From Diplonema japonicum (Eukaryota > Protista > Euglenozoa: Diplonemea), in assembly GCA_964019335.1 (NCBI GenBank), contig OZ025661.1, forward strand, positions 310,001 to 374,000: a DNA stretch of 64,000 nt. The letters run 5' to 3'. How positions within the stretch are numbered: the stretch's first letter is position 1; each line of letters begins with the position of its first letter. This document shows, piece by piece, positions 35,201 to 35,857 of the stretch. A model generated the notes under the pieces. That model did no database searches, was not told the origin of the DNA, and saw only the letters and a program-made list of their open reading frames with translations. The translations under genes were made by a program, and so were the position numbers.

Positions 35201-35424
35201 CACTTAGTGCACGTCAGCGTGTCAGTAGCCGGGTCGTACCCCTCCTCGACAGCCACTGTGGAGCCCTCCACCTCTGTGCTACAGCTGCAACTTGATCCGA
35301 AAGCCAGGCTCGCACAGTTTACCTTATCAAACGCATAGGTAGGAAACCCTTTGTTGTAAAACGCTCCTTCTGCCACCGACACGAGCAGCAGCAGTGTGGC
35401 CGGCTTTATAAGTGGCCGATCCAT
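1..35424 (-). CDS. Giant secreted/cell-surface multidomain protein, >=11,808 aa, 3'-partial: signal peptide, Ig-like + C-type lectin modules, >=18 vWA domains, Cys/Trp-rich repeats, ~32 EGF-like repeats
   Basis: ATG at 35424 has an in-frame TAA immediately upstream (35425-35427) and reads MDRPLIKPATLLLLVSVAEGAFYNKG. The same frame still reads as vWA sequence at bases 1-60 (AQTYISEALVYAGLMLQDTT) and at internal points checked. No minus-strand ORF I checked in the track lies in this frame, as expected if no stop occurs before the window edge. Confidence 0.93.
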   Translation of the reverse strand, partial: MDRPLIKPATLLLLVSVAEGAFYNKGFPTYAFDKVNCASLAFGSSCSCSTEVEGSTVAVEEGYDPATDTLTCTKCSTLGLTAQFDATTGVLSIAGKAPLEDHTEAIASVKFRSMSGDGTSRRLTYNYGNAVYSTTTSHFYKRFSCPAASCHWTDAQAGCSDTSNDILGLVGYLATITDPAETSLSGAGWIGSTDVAIEGEWRWATGPEGCPPYDTTLTTPARSACDLGYPLPSKKTPCTGPDCGKGMLIGSGVGSSFKSAAGVFTNWAATEPNEQTTCTGGSCDTTGEDYGFYMEGKWSDHPYEHTSATGYFCEWGGVGDLCVSEDDVYGTVMLVAGCAAFTNQAVCEAHLPAGSCTWDETSYEFSICVVDGCYAYDNEQVCEEDVLCSWDVETSPPSCKDDYCPNEHLTETACNADTAGMGPCYWNNDLPGERKCSQLTCSDVTEKCACVAASPQCLWDESGTTPHCVNPQFRCPPTDIVFLLDGSGSMDARFGAHPSGFYGMMEEMRDWLHQTELAPTANDPYGLRASLIMFGNPLYAAAAVDSKPTSADRCATQKTWKQTTGTTNNAAGALGGDFATLSQDVSFLENLYCKAWSAGKTEIKEGLLMAENIFKTSSPARGKALFIISDGELHDDVSEVTKLKDKMVTSGIKVYGVVVRKATGHTSQDLNAEASLKPLTSDPKDEHFINIDLDHFKEKVLDTMCRLNSKPNILDASTQQPVPFCGSLESESQCMADTTCVWDTTKTPLCQVSGCYPICEELPCKAKTGCAWEAGSCKREQPGCAKHTDEASCTTDLKCLWDVMWAQSNTCVENPCIAHTEKDECISQPVEMPVPCMRPEGNPDYCFVSVCEFDDSKATTCYPKPCLHVTEGTCIGEDGCEWVPLESPLPMGPPSKLVEYCAEKKCRYTGEPQCSNDLNCVWDYNVLQCTVQPCAKHNNELDCNTDLVCEWDVSVSPAFCKQTPCGVYTESSECNRVDGCTWASNPADHCTVRNCDAYNTPKDDCACNKDPECTWVVDTTGSGGDHCANTAYSTCPDLDVVFIIDGSGSMSRSFGNHPHGFFGLLETLRSWVKTLPLTNENHLVGGKSMVKGGGFRLTFLQFSKADALPQEDHPMGCAVGECTNGLLSGDIDELMGDINWHEANFQGRWTYIHEAMRDVGDTTFLPANSPSHRKHVAIIIADGGLTDYDGDACTGTACGQCPTGCDPLWEPTYPGMVDDAQQKLRDENVEVFGIVMRRFAHHTFQDENAEKKLLPLISDPKDSHFMNLQLHEIPENVLKPFCDPTSAFGSALQPPVNVDHFPCTAWGYKAECNADKMCEWRVPKLTDCPSKDGCPQLNCRPVPEQYKTVYECDKCKLERTVITCGASVKSSISGTCTATHCKQCCDKACCDGDAKCSWAGNECIESVCKYTDRAACEADPDLLCIWESGSCELKPCESVFEKTKCLSKSGTCMWDASVAPPVCRKIPSCPAHADEASCMADDACTWECDTSVCRDSVCQYTTPDSCSLNSECERTGTVCVEKKCVSAKNETECLPCDNCIWSASSSMCTQDKCKPLDSNACTTSPLCAWDGSACVYDYCPQYLEDEVACDSDKRCHWNTTVVPPSCQPTVCTSMHNTNYPGLGPTPTVMGTIDKANCDTNPECMSGSDTKGQYCKTASCNDMANSCECAKNANCYWDNKAQAPTQCKDVHVSSCPDLDVVFLLDGSWSMQKKFGSHPHGYYAMLEMLKDWVGTLPLTGEDHTTGLASTVTGGSFRMTFVQFSLVDKYWVCRNGKNGCDPKDPTHGSKCTLPQLPPGKDCTDGRFSGSLDELQNDLTWHEKNYMKSKTFMQTAIKDAVDVFHESPAHRGHVLVIITDGKLNPEEPQRSKGIPPLRKELDAEGVVTFGVVVRKGTAHTQADWDAEKTLKPITSDDHDDHFINVPLDNMLEEVFKNFCDPAGPFGAAMQQYHQQSQAAGATVASTGSIPCSKWGVKLECRSDEKCNWKTPPPSSCPGTGCTHINCIELTPTQIQAGMVCTNCRLSGGEVECIAGSVNSAGSGYCGATVCETHCDKVECEADTSNDCYWGNDICLRKVCDYDTQAECNNDPDDLCEWDTTASPAKCNLKECSHFSQGTCDADDNCMWDTNTNKCKPKTPDCTSITSELPCLNHVSGTCNWDCDAAECVTKTCTHDNKAACETSPDGCVWNTQYGNCRKQICISETMENTCTTRAACKWASSGSPPCTESKCNQYTAEASCNTDSDCHWDITGCGGCIESYCFKTHATQTSCNKDNKNLCIWDSTQNKCKDKTCPDYNSAYGPDWMCACKADAKCELDKTTSSPTCVDQRFAQCPDLDIVVAFDGSTSMSNRFGTHPTGFDGLVEALRDWVKTIPLTGEKASVPSVATGGKLRVAFSQWDTGVRVAECPACACAPAVAKGDGIPTNSVDNIGGTAQLADNCGKLTGDVAQLEADLSWHQGVQRRPMTLVKEAEEFAGEVFKASPPHRQKVLLIFTDGMIMDRGALAPAGKILASEGVKTFGIVLTRGTSATKDEQANHKVLKEIVSDDKATHALMMTIDEAHDVLDGICDPNGLFGSLIVSSTSKFSEPACSVIQGMSDCSARSTCQWVDLTLSCDDHPCFKHCSEQDCVSDPVNSCRYANNTCHKSVCNDHLTQSDCMNAKCTWDATQNPRCTDKPCSASAPDECDLLGPQCTWDTTIQPAATCVPTPCYYPDQPQCDADSKCEWNHACGNVNDQICIAKRCTSADHQSQVFCKADPICIWTSSLTCELSRCAQYPTEKCCDHMDGCYWDLKNAVCEEKYCTKTYPTAGHKTGCNTDNECMWDAAKDRCVDLDCNKLDKCPCRSHPECYWDDLNNKCVKMTFGECPVMDIVLLVDGSGSMASKFGNHPHGFYALIEILRTWAESLPLTGERAGQGTVAGPATGGIRIGIIQFSGQNRKKNYAGKATAIKTPRRVGTEGRLSGDLDELEDDFDWHEDEFLNRGTMIEKGLVWVGDMFDKAHQHAVRKRVLLIFTDGKIFDPDKLAPARAVLNGEDVQTFGIVIRKWTKHTKADYDAEKTLKPITSDPHDDHFQNIMIDEVAGSVLSDVCDPNGLFGKLIVSKPPSSQAGIHAPCPHHADAHGCTADPGCEWSVASDECTDSPCITHCDNATCVKDTTNLCSWNNTDCWKKTICAYTDSGSCLKSPDLCSWQNGLCLAPPCTSNKQEADCAVDDAGCAWVDQNGVKSCVVAPCTSAFRTTCTADPNCKWDYPLCGNTTQQSCMFKGCDKHNAKSPCASDAYCQWDDKGSTCTDKPCAQLRDELCCDHNKICKWDVTSSPSICKMKKCPAITDAKKCEDQSDCMYNTTTNSCTTLDCSKFPTTCPCNQHEKCYWKAITSTCVPVEVAKCPTLDIVCIIDGSVSMSKKFGAHPHGYFAFMEMLRDWVEKMPLNGEPASVGINSKKDNGGVRVGFVQFSGINYKRSMVKTTPDGTGASGGLSGDLNELEEDIDWHEKNYISKGTMIQLGLEEAADIFHESPIDGRQRVLFVFTDGKIFDPKTLGPARAELDKEQVQVFGIVIRREIQHTKSDWDAEATLKPITSDKHDEHFANVQLDEVPDLLIKVCDPNGPWGHLIVKSVPVPSTGIHLPCPDYKTQGTCSKDPGCIWSDVGSECLNTPCMKNCDQGACLGDKNNNCTWLNGTICLKAPDPTCLCSYTTSDDATNKMMCQADPNCAWNAGSKLCEHDECSQGSKGAVTCGNVNQLCVDPTPAPCTDDWYCDCDPPAVRDPSTQPSQAPAVCVLDECKVKCATCANDTCSSQNQECFDPNPSVTHLSDWTCTCPVPYTGTAVANAAQCQIDECVESCQTCAGTTCSSQNQKCYDPDKTTLKDWTCTCPPPSNNSAVAAAAANCDVNECTLHGTTCTNSDQTCFDPNLSTLGDWTCKCKLPLTGSATASVALCIIDECVSTCPSCANTTCTDKQQDCLDPNTAAHSTYDWTCTCKSPYVGVAVAAAATCQLNECLETCTGPTCSNGKCTTKNQTCHDPDFAKLSDWTCNCPPPSQAAVLGGPVPSCDINECQLHGTVCTNKNQTCVDPNLVKPNDWECHCKLPMTGVGVTMPADCMLDECVDACPTCAGTTCTSQGQTCNDPNQLVTSTSDWTCTCPPPKNGSAVANAAVCVLDECKATCPTCAGDTCSSKNQTCYDPDTSVLSDWKCSCLPPMNKSALTAAVMGCDEDECTKHGDICKNMGQTCFDPSAITPNDWKCLCKPPMNGSATATPAECLLNECSPACTGPTCGLGVCSAAGQLCEDPNISALSTNDWTCTCKAPFMGQAMANAAVCLINECVASCPTCSNGACTNATQTCNDPNMATLSDWTCACLPPSTKPLNLMAPVPTCDVDECLTHKDTCEVQSQTCFDPNGTRTGDWECRCVLPLTGFAVTKPASCLLDECVAACPTCSNGACTQKDQICEDPNKGSTSTSDWTCTCKPPAHGYAVANAAECILDECTSLCNTCSQGTCSAQGQTCYDPNISPQSVKDWVCTCPTPAKGFAVARVASPCVVDECSTAANEEVCTKHGQECVDPNPTLSSINDWECRCVSPPAVKQLAGIMKPAECTYPGECETDPEAVKCSTSGHICDDPTPNPQSVGDWNCMCTPPFKGNNGTATNGGVAGMSCVLNECIETCPTCAQTVSAPTNICSAQGQACADLSPALGDWQCVCPSGTAQLGGPAKCKVDECVENCATCAKGTCTNAGQTCLDPNTDAHALSDWICTCPSPGVGSATAKAATCVCDECLTNPTCAKAEQACYDPKTACNASNDYICECYAPYTGTAVATSAICTVNECDDNGAVCVSKGQTCKDPDLKKLGDWQCECALPSTGIATASPASCVLDECIETCTTCGKGVCEAQGQSCNDPNTAATSVSDWTCTCPSPSTQTATGKPAQCVCDECVNDVICSAANQTCYDPNTVCGTPSDFQCECKSPAIGKNTGAAVPSCTVHECEFNGAVCLAMDQDCQDPDLTQIGDWMCVCRAPSTGNATAMPADCVYDECTLTCATCSGTTCSAAGQECIDMNLSPSSTSDWACKCTGGSNHTSTGKPAVCDHDECLNQNCTQSCAAGTMDCQQICYDPNPTSGSTGDWECICPSPSIGKQVAGPASCEYDECNDKGTVCTIEGQLCNDPNKAVLGNWECVCTPPATGSATKRPALCLLDECISTCISCAMGTCSVEGQECEDMNTAAASINDWVCKCPPPSTHKATAKPAACDLDECKEHGYKCTIDCRPGSPDCFQTCFDPNTAVGSTGDWTCNCAPPLQGKETAKAARCAVDECDEHAGTCTSKGQLCRDTNSSKVGDWECVCAPPAVGSATAKPALCILDECIAVCPTCANSTCSEKGQICIDKNMDSAILSDWVCQCPPPSTSTATAKAATCDVDECEKNAYKCTMDCTSLSCKQYCFDPNATLASTGDWRCVCEPPSLDFAVGKPAVCTVEPCVHDNEDACVQDPDGCKWSLLPTPTCAPIPCSLSKQYCIEETGCEWLVYSGAASNAATGAVSYEKKIPANPFINTICGAGCPCTAGQPGVFIRITEGYVIGKDSLACPTCSAGVQLAWNETAGSLLLAAAGKTANELATEVRGVEFTTSSVDVGKRKVAWNYGQAEDASGAQCGDVVDMVGGACSTEKCKYTTEEACESDPYCDWVGGTTKPCVIAPCVLYPNEKECSKDPDCKYDVVTSPSLCKEKYCRQFEGMDACNADDACKWDAQQTKCLEKECSKFTNDRCACQVEQRCFWDVKAEKCVESKYGQCPVLDVVLLLDGSGSMSEAFGRHPNGFYAMMEMIRDWASALPLTGEDHSVGKASTAPNGGIRMGVIQFSGPAPQVSDAIKTPLGVGSGGSLTGDLAELTTDITWHETNYIMGSTFINTGLKWAANMFNESPASRKKVLLVITDGAIKDTALLSATKAALTTAGVNIFGVVLRKAIAHTQLDIDAEVTLKPLTSDPHDDHFVNVLIDEMPEKVLSGLCGPTSKWGQLLMPKEMQSGVHKPCSQYAIQTECTRDPGCVYQSTTGLCVDSSCVKHCEEPVCTADTVNHCQWVVTPGSSSPSCWKETLCAYSTEPACENDTQCDWNLRTSSCIERPCNQNTESECEADTDGCIWAGVSNTCELKPCQYDLQADCKRDTSCQWDTCLSGGSCTERACSTTPLLTEINCKLDSRCQWQNNLCSEKPCTKHTTERCCNSDVFKCHWDISVTPSICSLTYCAKITDKSACESDPACVYDYGSCFEKDCGRLQECECRKDVDCFWSDKNFCTSDKYGQCPTLDLVLLLDGSASMSQSFGRHPQGFEAIMEMTREWVRALPLSGEASTVGANAAPGTGKVRVGIIQFSGTNANGPNPGQAEAKAAPAGTGTGGSLSGDVYELRDDIDWQENNYYGGGTMLQAGLGMAVEMFRASPADGRQRVLIIVTDGQVFDTTSLQQARSLLDVNKVQVFGVVVRRFDAHSAVDTMAEKTLKPITSSPQDLHFLNLMIDEVPTKVFGDICNPNGVFGKLVVGVNGSSSTGEQKPCKQHTTMGTCNVDPGCVWFDGTVSCGDTPCTQHCEEPLCTADVGNSCQWDASKSLCVKKPEKACSTLSAGAACDADQACTTEGTSCVDKSCRHDTESGCIADPDNCVWNNIQSLCEPKPCNHATENKCETDTSCTWNSEDSALTYARGEPMNPFPMLSCNQTSCPGGCGETVSGVSIKIDKADYILGKDSLACPDCPSNAMKAEWSAESGTLLLSSANSQKQSLLVFAEAVRKVTFTTTSGAGLQRGIMWNYGEGAYSEATGHFYKYYKFDPKCTVPGGNKQPDCTWSAAKSACAQRASLGQQGYLATITSVTELEVVQSQVSRGGWIGGSNQASSWQWATGPEAGTALTYENWMAQNPLPGIGGVYFHTNGEWSSISTDSDKGVEGYVCEWGTVAAPPCSETVGSVIIAAGGCIEKKCTQPSKTECSADPYCEWTANDTCVQKPCTEVMDELPCNRKDGCVWSPSISPAMCVEESCAKIKDMSACEADGGCMWASTNSLCVEKNCNDLSKCPCLLDSKCYWKAQGIVGSCLASGYGTCPTMDVVLLVDGSMSMTNSFGTHPHGFYALMEMLGAWITTLPLNGEAASVGMYSAKDTGKLRVAIVQFSGRQQFFSPPNIWSGPVVKSVATTPVGVGTAGRLSGDVAQLKSDVNWHESNFLEGGTYIARGLQRTAAIFTSMSPKDNRKRVLLIITDGQLQDSGNDKDIIAQSLQTLSSLDVQTFGIVVRRFTTHTQVDIDAEAALKPIVSDPHAEHFMNLEIDEIPDKTLNGLCDPNGLWGKYVVDAPVSQAGVHKPCSIYNKKVGCAGDKGCKWSDVLVSCIDSPCVQHCDLPSCVAEPTCAWVGSVDECFAKHTCSRHASENACGTDNECFWDARIPACVDEPCQYPDEASCIADTVYSCVWESISQTCNPTPCIYNDSTSCTSDPLCKWNDACPDPMDQLCMKTPCTHTTEESCKRDGLCQWNTATCVVKPCSQYSSEKCCNSGDGCHWDVSQSPAICSLTACRSVTDQNLCEAERSCMWDTTTLVCNGKQCSKFSERCACETDPDCYFTGPHCTFQRYGTCPTLDVVILFDGGSGTAKPFGRHPQGFYAIVELVRDWIKGLPLSGEPAGIAQPSKNKVTRVATIQFGGSTLWPSSDPKQILVPTGLGTSEGRLTGLPSEIESDLTFHEQGFIGGSVALQPPVAKSYLLAGLNKALSLFRTSPKDGRKRVLIIISHGALDDKDKYQAVRAELYQQQVQLFGATIRSSPIQSAADLQADADMLGLVTEPRGEHFVSLEIEGLASVLNNLCDPNTEWGKFVGVTGENAPCSLNAGKDVCNKNAHCVWFDTSLSCGDTPCLHHCKDATCSGDVANRCQWNASVSSCTKKELCSAANKDACLEDSGCEFNGTHCVGKKCKHYTEQGCRIDPDLCVWNNIDSVCGEKPCAHATAAGCSSDPICLWKSLVPRCDPKPCAYTNRTECEQKQVGQCVWNVAQCEPAPCKQYFDEHECTMDDGCSWGTECELKYCRRYITDSDACNTDGNCMWNATSQLCIEKDCFTFDTCRCHKDPGCYWDKGTCKTAQFGSCPTLDIVLALDGSDSMSQAFGVHPHGFHGLLETLKTWVAQLPLSGEAAGVPSTEAGMIRIGVIQFSGKPAIKIPGTNTVDGAQRTPTGVGSAGRLSGSKQEVGDDLEWQEDHFLKGGTYLESTLQSAANMFMSSPKDGRKRVLLVFTDGKIYDADRLASARGILEKEGVITFGIVVRRFDTHTQTDIDAEATLKPITSVPHYEHYYNLLLSEIPKTLDGLCDPNSMWGKYIVTVPQVGVHQPCSNYKEKDACSVDPGCVFNEVLTACVDTPCSKLCNESTCAADSTNNCYWETAGQVCYKTPGCSVHKSETDCGTDTECAWRSGKCVETPCHHPDENSCSADSTYSCEWLSSKQVCTEKPCQYTSQQECTSDNTCEWDTACVAADVDPVCVPKRCTYTTPNECSVDASCGWDGSTCRPVACVRYADERCCNAHEATSGCHWDVKQSPALCSAGPCRLFTVSNCDNERACMWNSALDVCVEKKCSELPDKCKCEGDPDCYYSTATNRPHCTFQRYGTCPTLDIVVLIDGGRSLGKKFGRHPQGFYALVEIVRDWAQELPLSGDAAGVPSKANTDSVRLAIIQFAGSEVWTPQDTRQTLSPLGQGTSGGRFTGSLNEVEADLTFHEANFMGGKKRDVLQPQPATTYLLAGLQKAVGLFRKSPVDGRRRVLVIMSDGQLADKDEYPTAKAELDQAQVKVFGIVMRPYDTHTAADEEAEATVKPLASYPSDRHFINVQIDEIAASLKSLCDPNSVWGKDIGVPPAGRQPCQLHSAKDPCNKDSGCVWFDATLSCGDSPCMKHCDKQACNADTPNLCTWDDHVAQCFKEQVCNHQLEADCSADMSCEWDGACSTKKCKHFNEQSCLADPDVCTWNNLDQSCGVKICHYDNPDTCERDALCRWVDADCQIKLCNYQNATSCKETEPGMCVWEDDKCNPAPCRQYVNELLCVKDSNCEWSTSVAPGFCEVKYCRKHCDIDTLVCQEEPCDLDSGCKYDAAFGICETKDCNKITDQCSCKKDVECFWLVSEQTCVDKQYGSCPTLDLVVLFDGSASMNQVFGRHPQGFYGIVEMLREWVRKVPLSGEKAGSPDLIKASRKVRVAFIQFSGAPVGPLTGPVPGSAIKAPGGVGTSGMLSGDFKELSADLSWHEKNYMDRGTYLALGLSMTADLFQNSVGRTMALFIITDGQLQDASLLEAERQKLGSVEIFGIVVRRFTSHTKVDTDAEMALKPIVSVPHDDHFVNVDMDELASEDGPMSTMCDPESAFGKHLALRTMAGKHQPCSTYSMRSSCMADTGCVWDRVACIASPCMLHCSQIECDTDANNQCVGGWEDATKACYRKEECTGPTPQTCADEVGCEWNASAPACGEKPCYHETEAGCLDEKEFVCSWKEATQNCELKPCAMHTTENLCKTQPTECEWENQKCVQKACMHQQEDACKEDVLCEWESGVGNCKVRPCSNYTNDMVCVEDKQCYWDTLAAPGSCQMKPCARYNTEVVCGIDIHCIWLTDGICVERQCNVIPNRCECRKDPACFWTQTGGRERCEEQVYGKCPTLDLVILFDGSGSMSQSFGRHPHGYFAMLEMLRNWIDTLPLSGEAGSVGSQSQPTGGIRVGFIQFSGRSGSTDPVTGGVVNSALRAPQHVGTGGRLSGDKVQLNADVSWHEGAYMGQLTYIEEGLNIAADMLTNDSPIDGRRRVLFILTDGVLMDSDRLENARKRLQQLQVLTFGIALRRFTVRTPDDDKAEDVLKPVVSEPGSEHFMSLTIDEVPDKVLVGLCDPASKWGKYISAAGGGSSGAGDGATPCVQYNYKQSCNRDANCAWRVSTLSCGRTPCFDYCEEQDCIADTANHCLWDASTTSATCEKKKPCSYGNQYECTNDAECMWENNACKVIPCNYEDDEPCLMDPEGCIFDSVQKLCTPEPCKTKKVQEECTSLSQCVWDTTGKAGPVCKPHRCVVCSANDKECCESVTNKIWCDYDSATGACAEKPCVKYADELSCASDLDARCKWDSTTAPGMCKLEYCKKFNSSTCDLEGECVWDFGSCMEKQCGNTFAHCECTTDPDCFWHDGICVNTNYGACPTMDIVVLIDGSAGMSQAFGRHPNAYHALIEMLKDWVYMLPLPGDVGGAGKDPTKYAKGSARLSFIQFGGDKYQRRSDGSVEGSVIVSALIPQDLLSGYAPELQNSLSWQEHNQMGKDTFLAGALEKAAGLLSGALYPSDDRKKIVLVLLGSTVMDQNRLTDAAKKIEATGAHVVSIVIRRTGSHTSADINAQESVMKVVSEPQDEHILNIEIGDLREAVFNKWCNPATPWGGWLVDLKTTDSHLPCSFHKASAECNRDSGCSWDDSLVACTGTPCLQYCSEEGCLKLSDPSYMCQWNVSGDGTCSKKRICVHDNQASCMADYTCVWKSSCQPSPCTAHVESACLSDTTGCLWNAKGKCEVKECGYLLSTDCTGDATCVWDGVAEACGVLPCKYTEKKSCTIDKKCEWKDTGCEVRRCALYVEEGSCITEQGCEWDTSASPSLCRETYCSRWDREQDCHGDAACYWTPQQTCVESTCKRYSASECECVSDPSCFYNQKSQRCVELAFGACPPLDIVVVFDGSGSMGQAFGRHPNGYDAVTEMLKEWVKRLPLDGADYATPKSQARTTGVRVAFAQFASELKPILVTSPIKPAVSAAGLLSGSQTQLLGDLAYHTANMLGGSTRVMERALEHAQTVFTSQSPPGRKQVLLMLTSSKLSDEEKLKAVRSTMDLGVQTFGVTVRKLSTRMPDDLAAAGQMKTLVSVVHDDHVIDLQLGDVEKKVLMAICDRTTKFGMQIMSGEAKAGINQPCQTYLSSELCNIDDGCMWSESLLQCTLSPCRTYGCNSTACVTNDCIWNGNACVKKPTNVCPEQQTAVACNAVGCSWKMVDLNVFRCVEQPCLSHHTEDSCIVDPNICVWDSKTLNCTKTLCTYSTKIECGFNAANEGCMWSDDHCKQEKCVPIMAEDKCTDYACKWTGSKCEFKQCAQHDEEKSCSRDDLCHWDVSDSPARCLVKVCLRYEDDASCNTDPELRCSWNSKNNKCEDKDCSKLATPCLCNKDVACFWDPTLNSSNGGCVTGVFGGCPLMDVVLAVDGTSAMKMAFGRHASGFQAIIEGTRDWAKTLPLSGTPGKMAKADVRTGVRLGMVQFAAKGREMKAPASVGTGGQVSGVMSEIYNDFDYVENNMIDTKEAYLAGAMKLARGMLSSAVRKKVIIVVATSEIMDSGRSELTSEISAAASAGIKIFGVLLRPASAYAAGAGTKRQALLDVTSDVREEHFIDAEITDFIDMLSTVCDPHEQFGKLIASSEGNKGALKQVQPCPMYTDKNTCNKDHACRWSARLLVCRDSACLRHCDTDTCTDDKTNLCEWDGKGGVCYKRVICDHAIEPCGEDPGCEWKASESRCIEKECQHKSEAGCVSDPIGCLWNSETDRCQKRLCTYTSKTTCEKDSTCEWDPAVIGPDWAPCIEKPCTTTDIGVCLKDMRRCEWADNKCNMKPCVHYLDEKTCDHDYGCHWDTSESPTICNQKYCLKHTDPSACSADDVCYWNGDNNVCIEVVCNNIVSQCQCTAKDFCVWDFKSGACRDELFGGCPSMDIAIVFDGSASMSQAFGRHPHGFYAVLEMVRDWTKALPLNKDQAGYPGAPAHGIRLGFVQFSLPQNALKAPAGVGTSGRLSGSSNELQADLDWHETNYAMAQTYISEALVYAGLMLQDTT
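14670..15335 (-). other. Ig/cadherin-like module followed by C-type lectin-like domain (copy 2, lacks EPN)
   Basis: DYILGKDSLACPDC..WSAESGTLLL..VRKVTF..WNYG..GHFY..W..AKSAC..GQQGYLATITS..GWIGGS..WQWATGPEAG..ENWMAQNP..GEWSS..GYVCEWG. Confidence 0.78.
15915..18120 (-). repeat. vWA array B: two vWA domains (starts ~18120 and ~16593)
   Basis: CPVLDVVLLLDGSGSMSEAFGRHPNGFY and CPTLDLVLLLDGSASMSQSFGRHPQGF, both with TDG and a C-terminal Cys. Confidence 0.88.
18560..18790 (-). other. Ig/cadherin-like module without a following lectin domain
   Basis: FIRITEGYVIGKDSLACPTC..WNETAGSLLL..VRGVEFTTSS..RKVAWNYG matches the modules at ~35290 and ~15330 but is followed by Cys repeats, not a CTLD. Confidence 0.7.
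19050..24290 (-). repeat. Tandem array of ~32 EGF-like repeats (~50-57 aa each)
   Basis: Recurrent [DN]EC...C....Q-x-C-x-DP......DW-x-C-x-C..P..G.A....A.C. I counted 32 DW/NW/DY/DF-x-C-x-C cores at ~150-195 nt spacing, mostly alternating long (CxTCA-containing) and short units. Confidence 0.82.
24620..34003 (-). repeat. vWA array A: six vWA domains (starts ~34003, 32323, 30345, 28440, 26844, 25281) with Cys/Trp-rich spacers
   Basis: Each starts CP-x-[TLM]D-hydrophobic-DGSxSM-xx-x-FGxHPxG[FY]. MIDAS motifs are DGSGS, DGSGS, DGSWS, DGSTS, DGSGS and DGSVS, with a later [TSA]DG strand and a C-terminal Cys (mostly CDP). Confidence 0.88.
34470..35290 (-). other. Ig/cadherin-like module followed by C-type lectin-like domain (copy 1, has EPN)
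   Basis: VEEGYDPATDTLTC..FDATTGVLSIAG..AIASVKF..RRLTYNYG, then HFY..W..AQAGC..GLVGYLATIT..GWIGSTDVAIEGEWRWATGPE..NWAATEPN..EDY..GKWSD..GYFCEWGG. Confidence 0.8.
35365..35424 (-). other. Predicted N-terminal signal peptide of the giant protein
   Basis: MDRPLIKPATLLLLVSVAEG|A: basic n-region, hydrophobic core, small residues at -3/-1 (A-E-G). Confidence 0.75.
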
Positions 35425-35857
35425 TTATAGAATTAGGTGGGAAGGGGGGAGGGGGGAGGAGGGTATATTAAAGTTAGTTGTTAATGTTCTCTAAGATTAT
35501 TTGTCCGGATTATAATTTATCTTTTCTTTTTTTTTTTTTTTAGCCCTTTTTTTTAAATTAAGAAAAAGGATGCAATAGGGGGGGAGCAACGGGTAAATAG
35601 GTGGTCCCTCCCTGTTTCCTGTTTTTTTTTTTCTCTTTTTTTTTCTTTTTCTTTCCCCCCTTCAAAAAAAAAAAGAGAGAAAAAAGTCAGTAAATAATGG
35701 AATAGAATAATGGAATTAAAATATAGATGAGTTAAAGGAGGCCGGTGTTGGCGGCGCCCTGCACATTAAAAAAAAAATCAGAAGATTTTCTTTAAAACAA
35801 ATGTGTTTTTTTTTTTTCTTTTTCTTTTTCTTCCTTTTTTTTTTTTTTTGACGCTGC

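Noticed and set aside
324-35338. The many short plus-strand and off-frame minus-strand ORFs in the track (up to 344 aa)
   Set aside because: They are antisense or alternate-frame shadows of the giant CDS; all recognisable motifs lie in the one unlisted frame.
1-35424. Giant ORF as an assembly artefact from expanded tandem repeats
   Set aside because: The repeat units are strongly diverged at DNA and protein level, and the frame stays open throughout.
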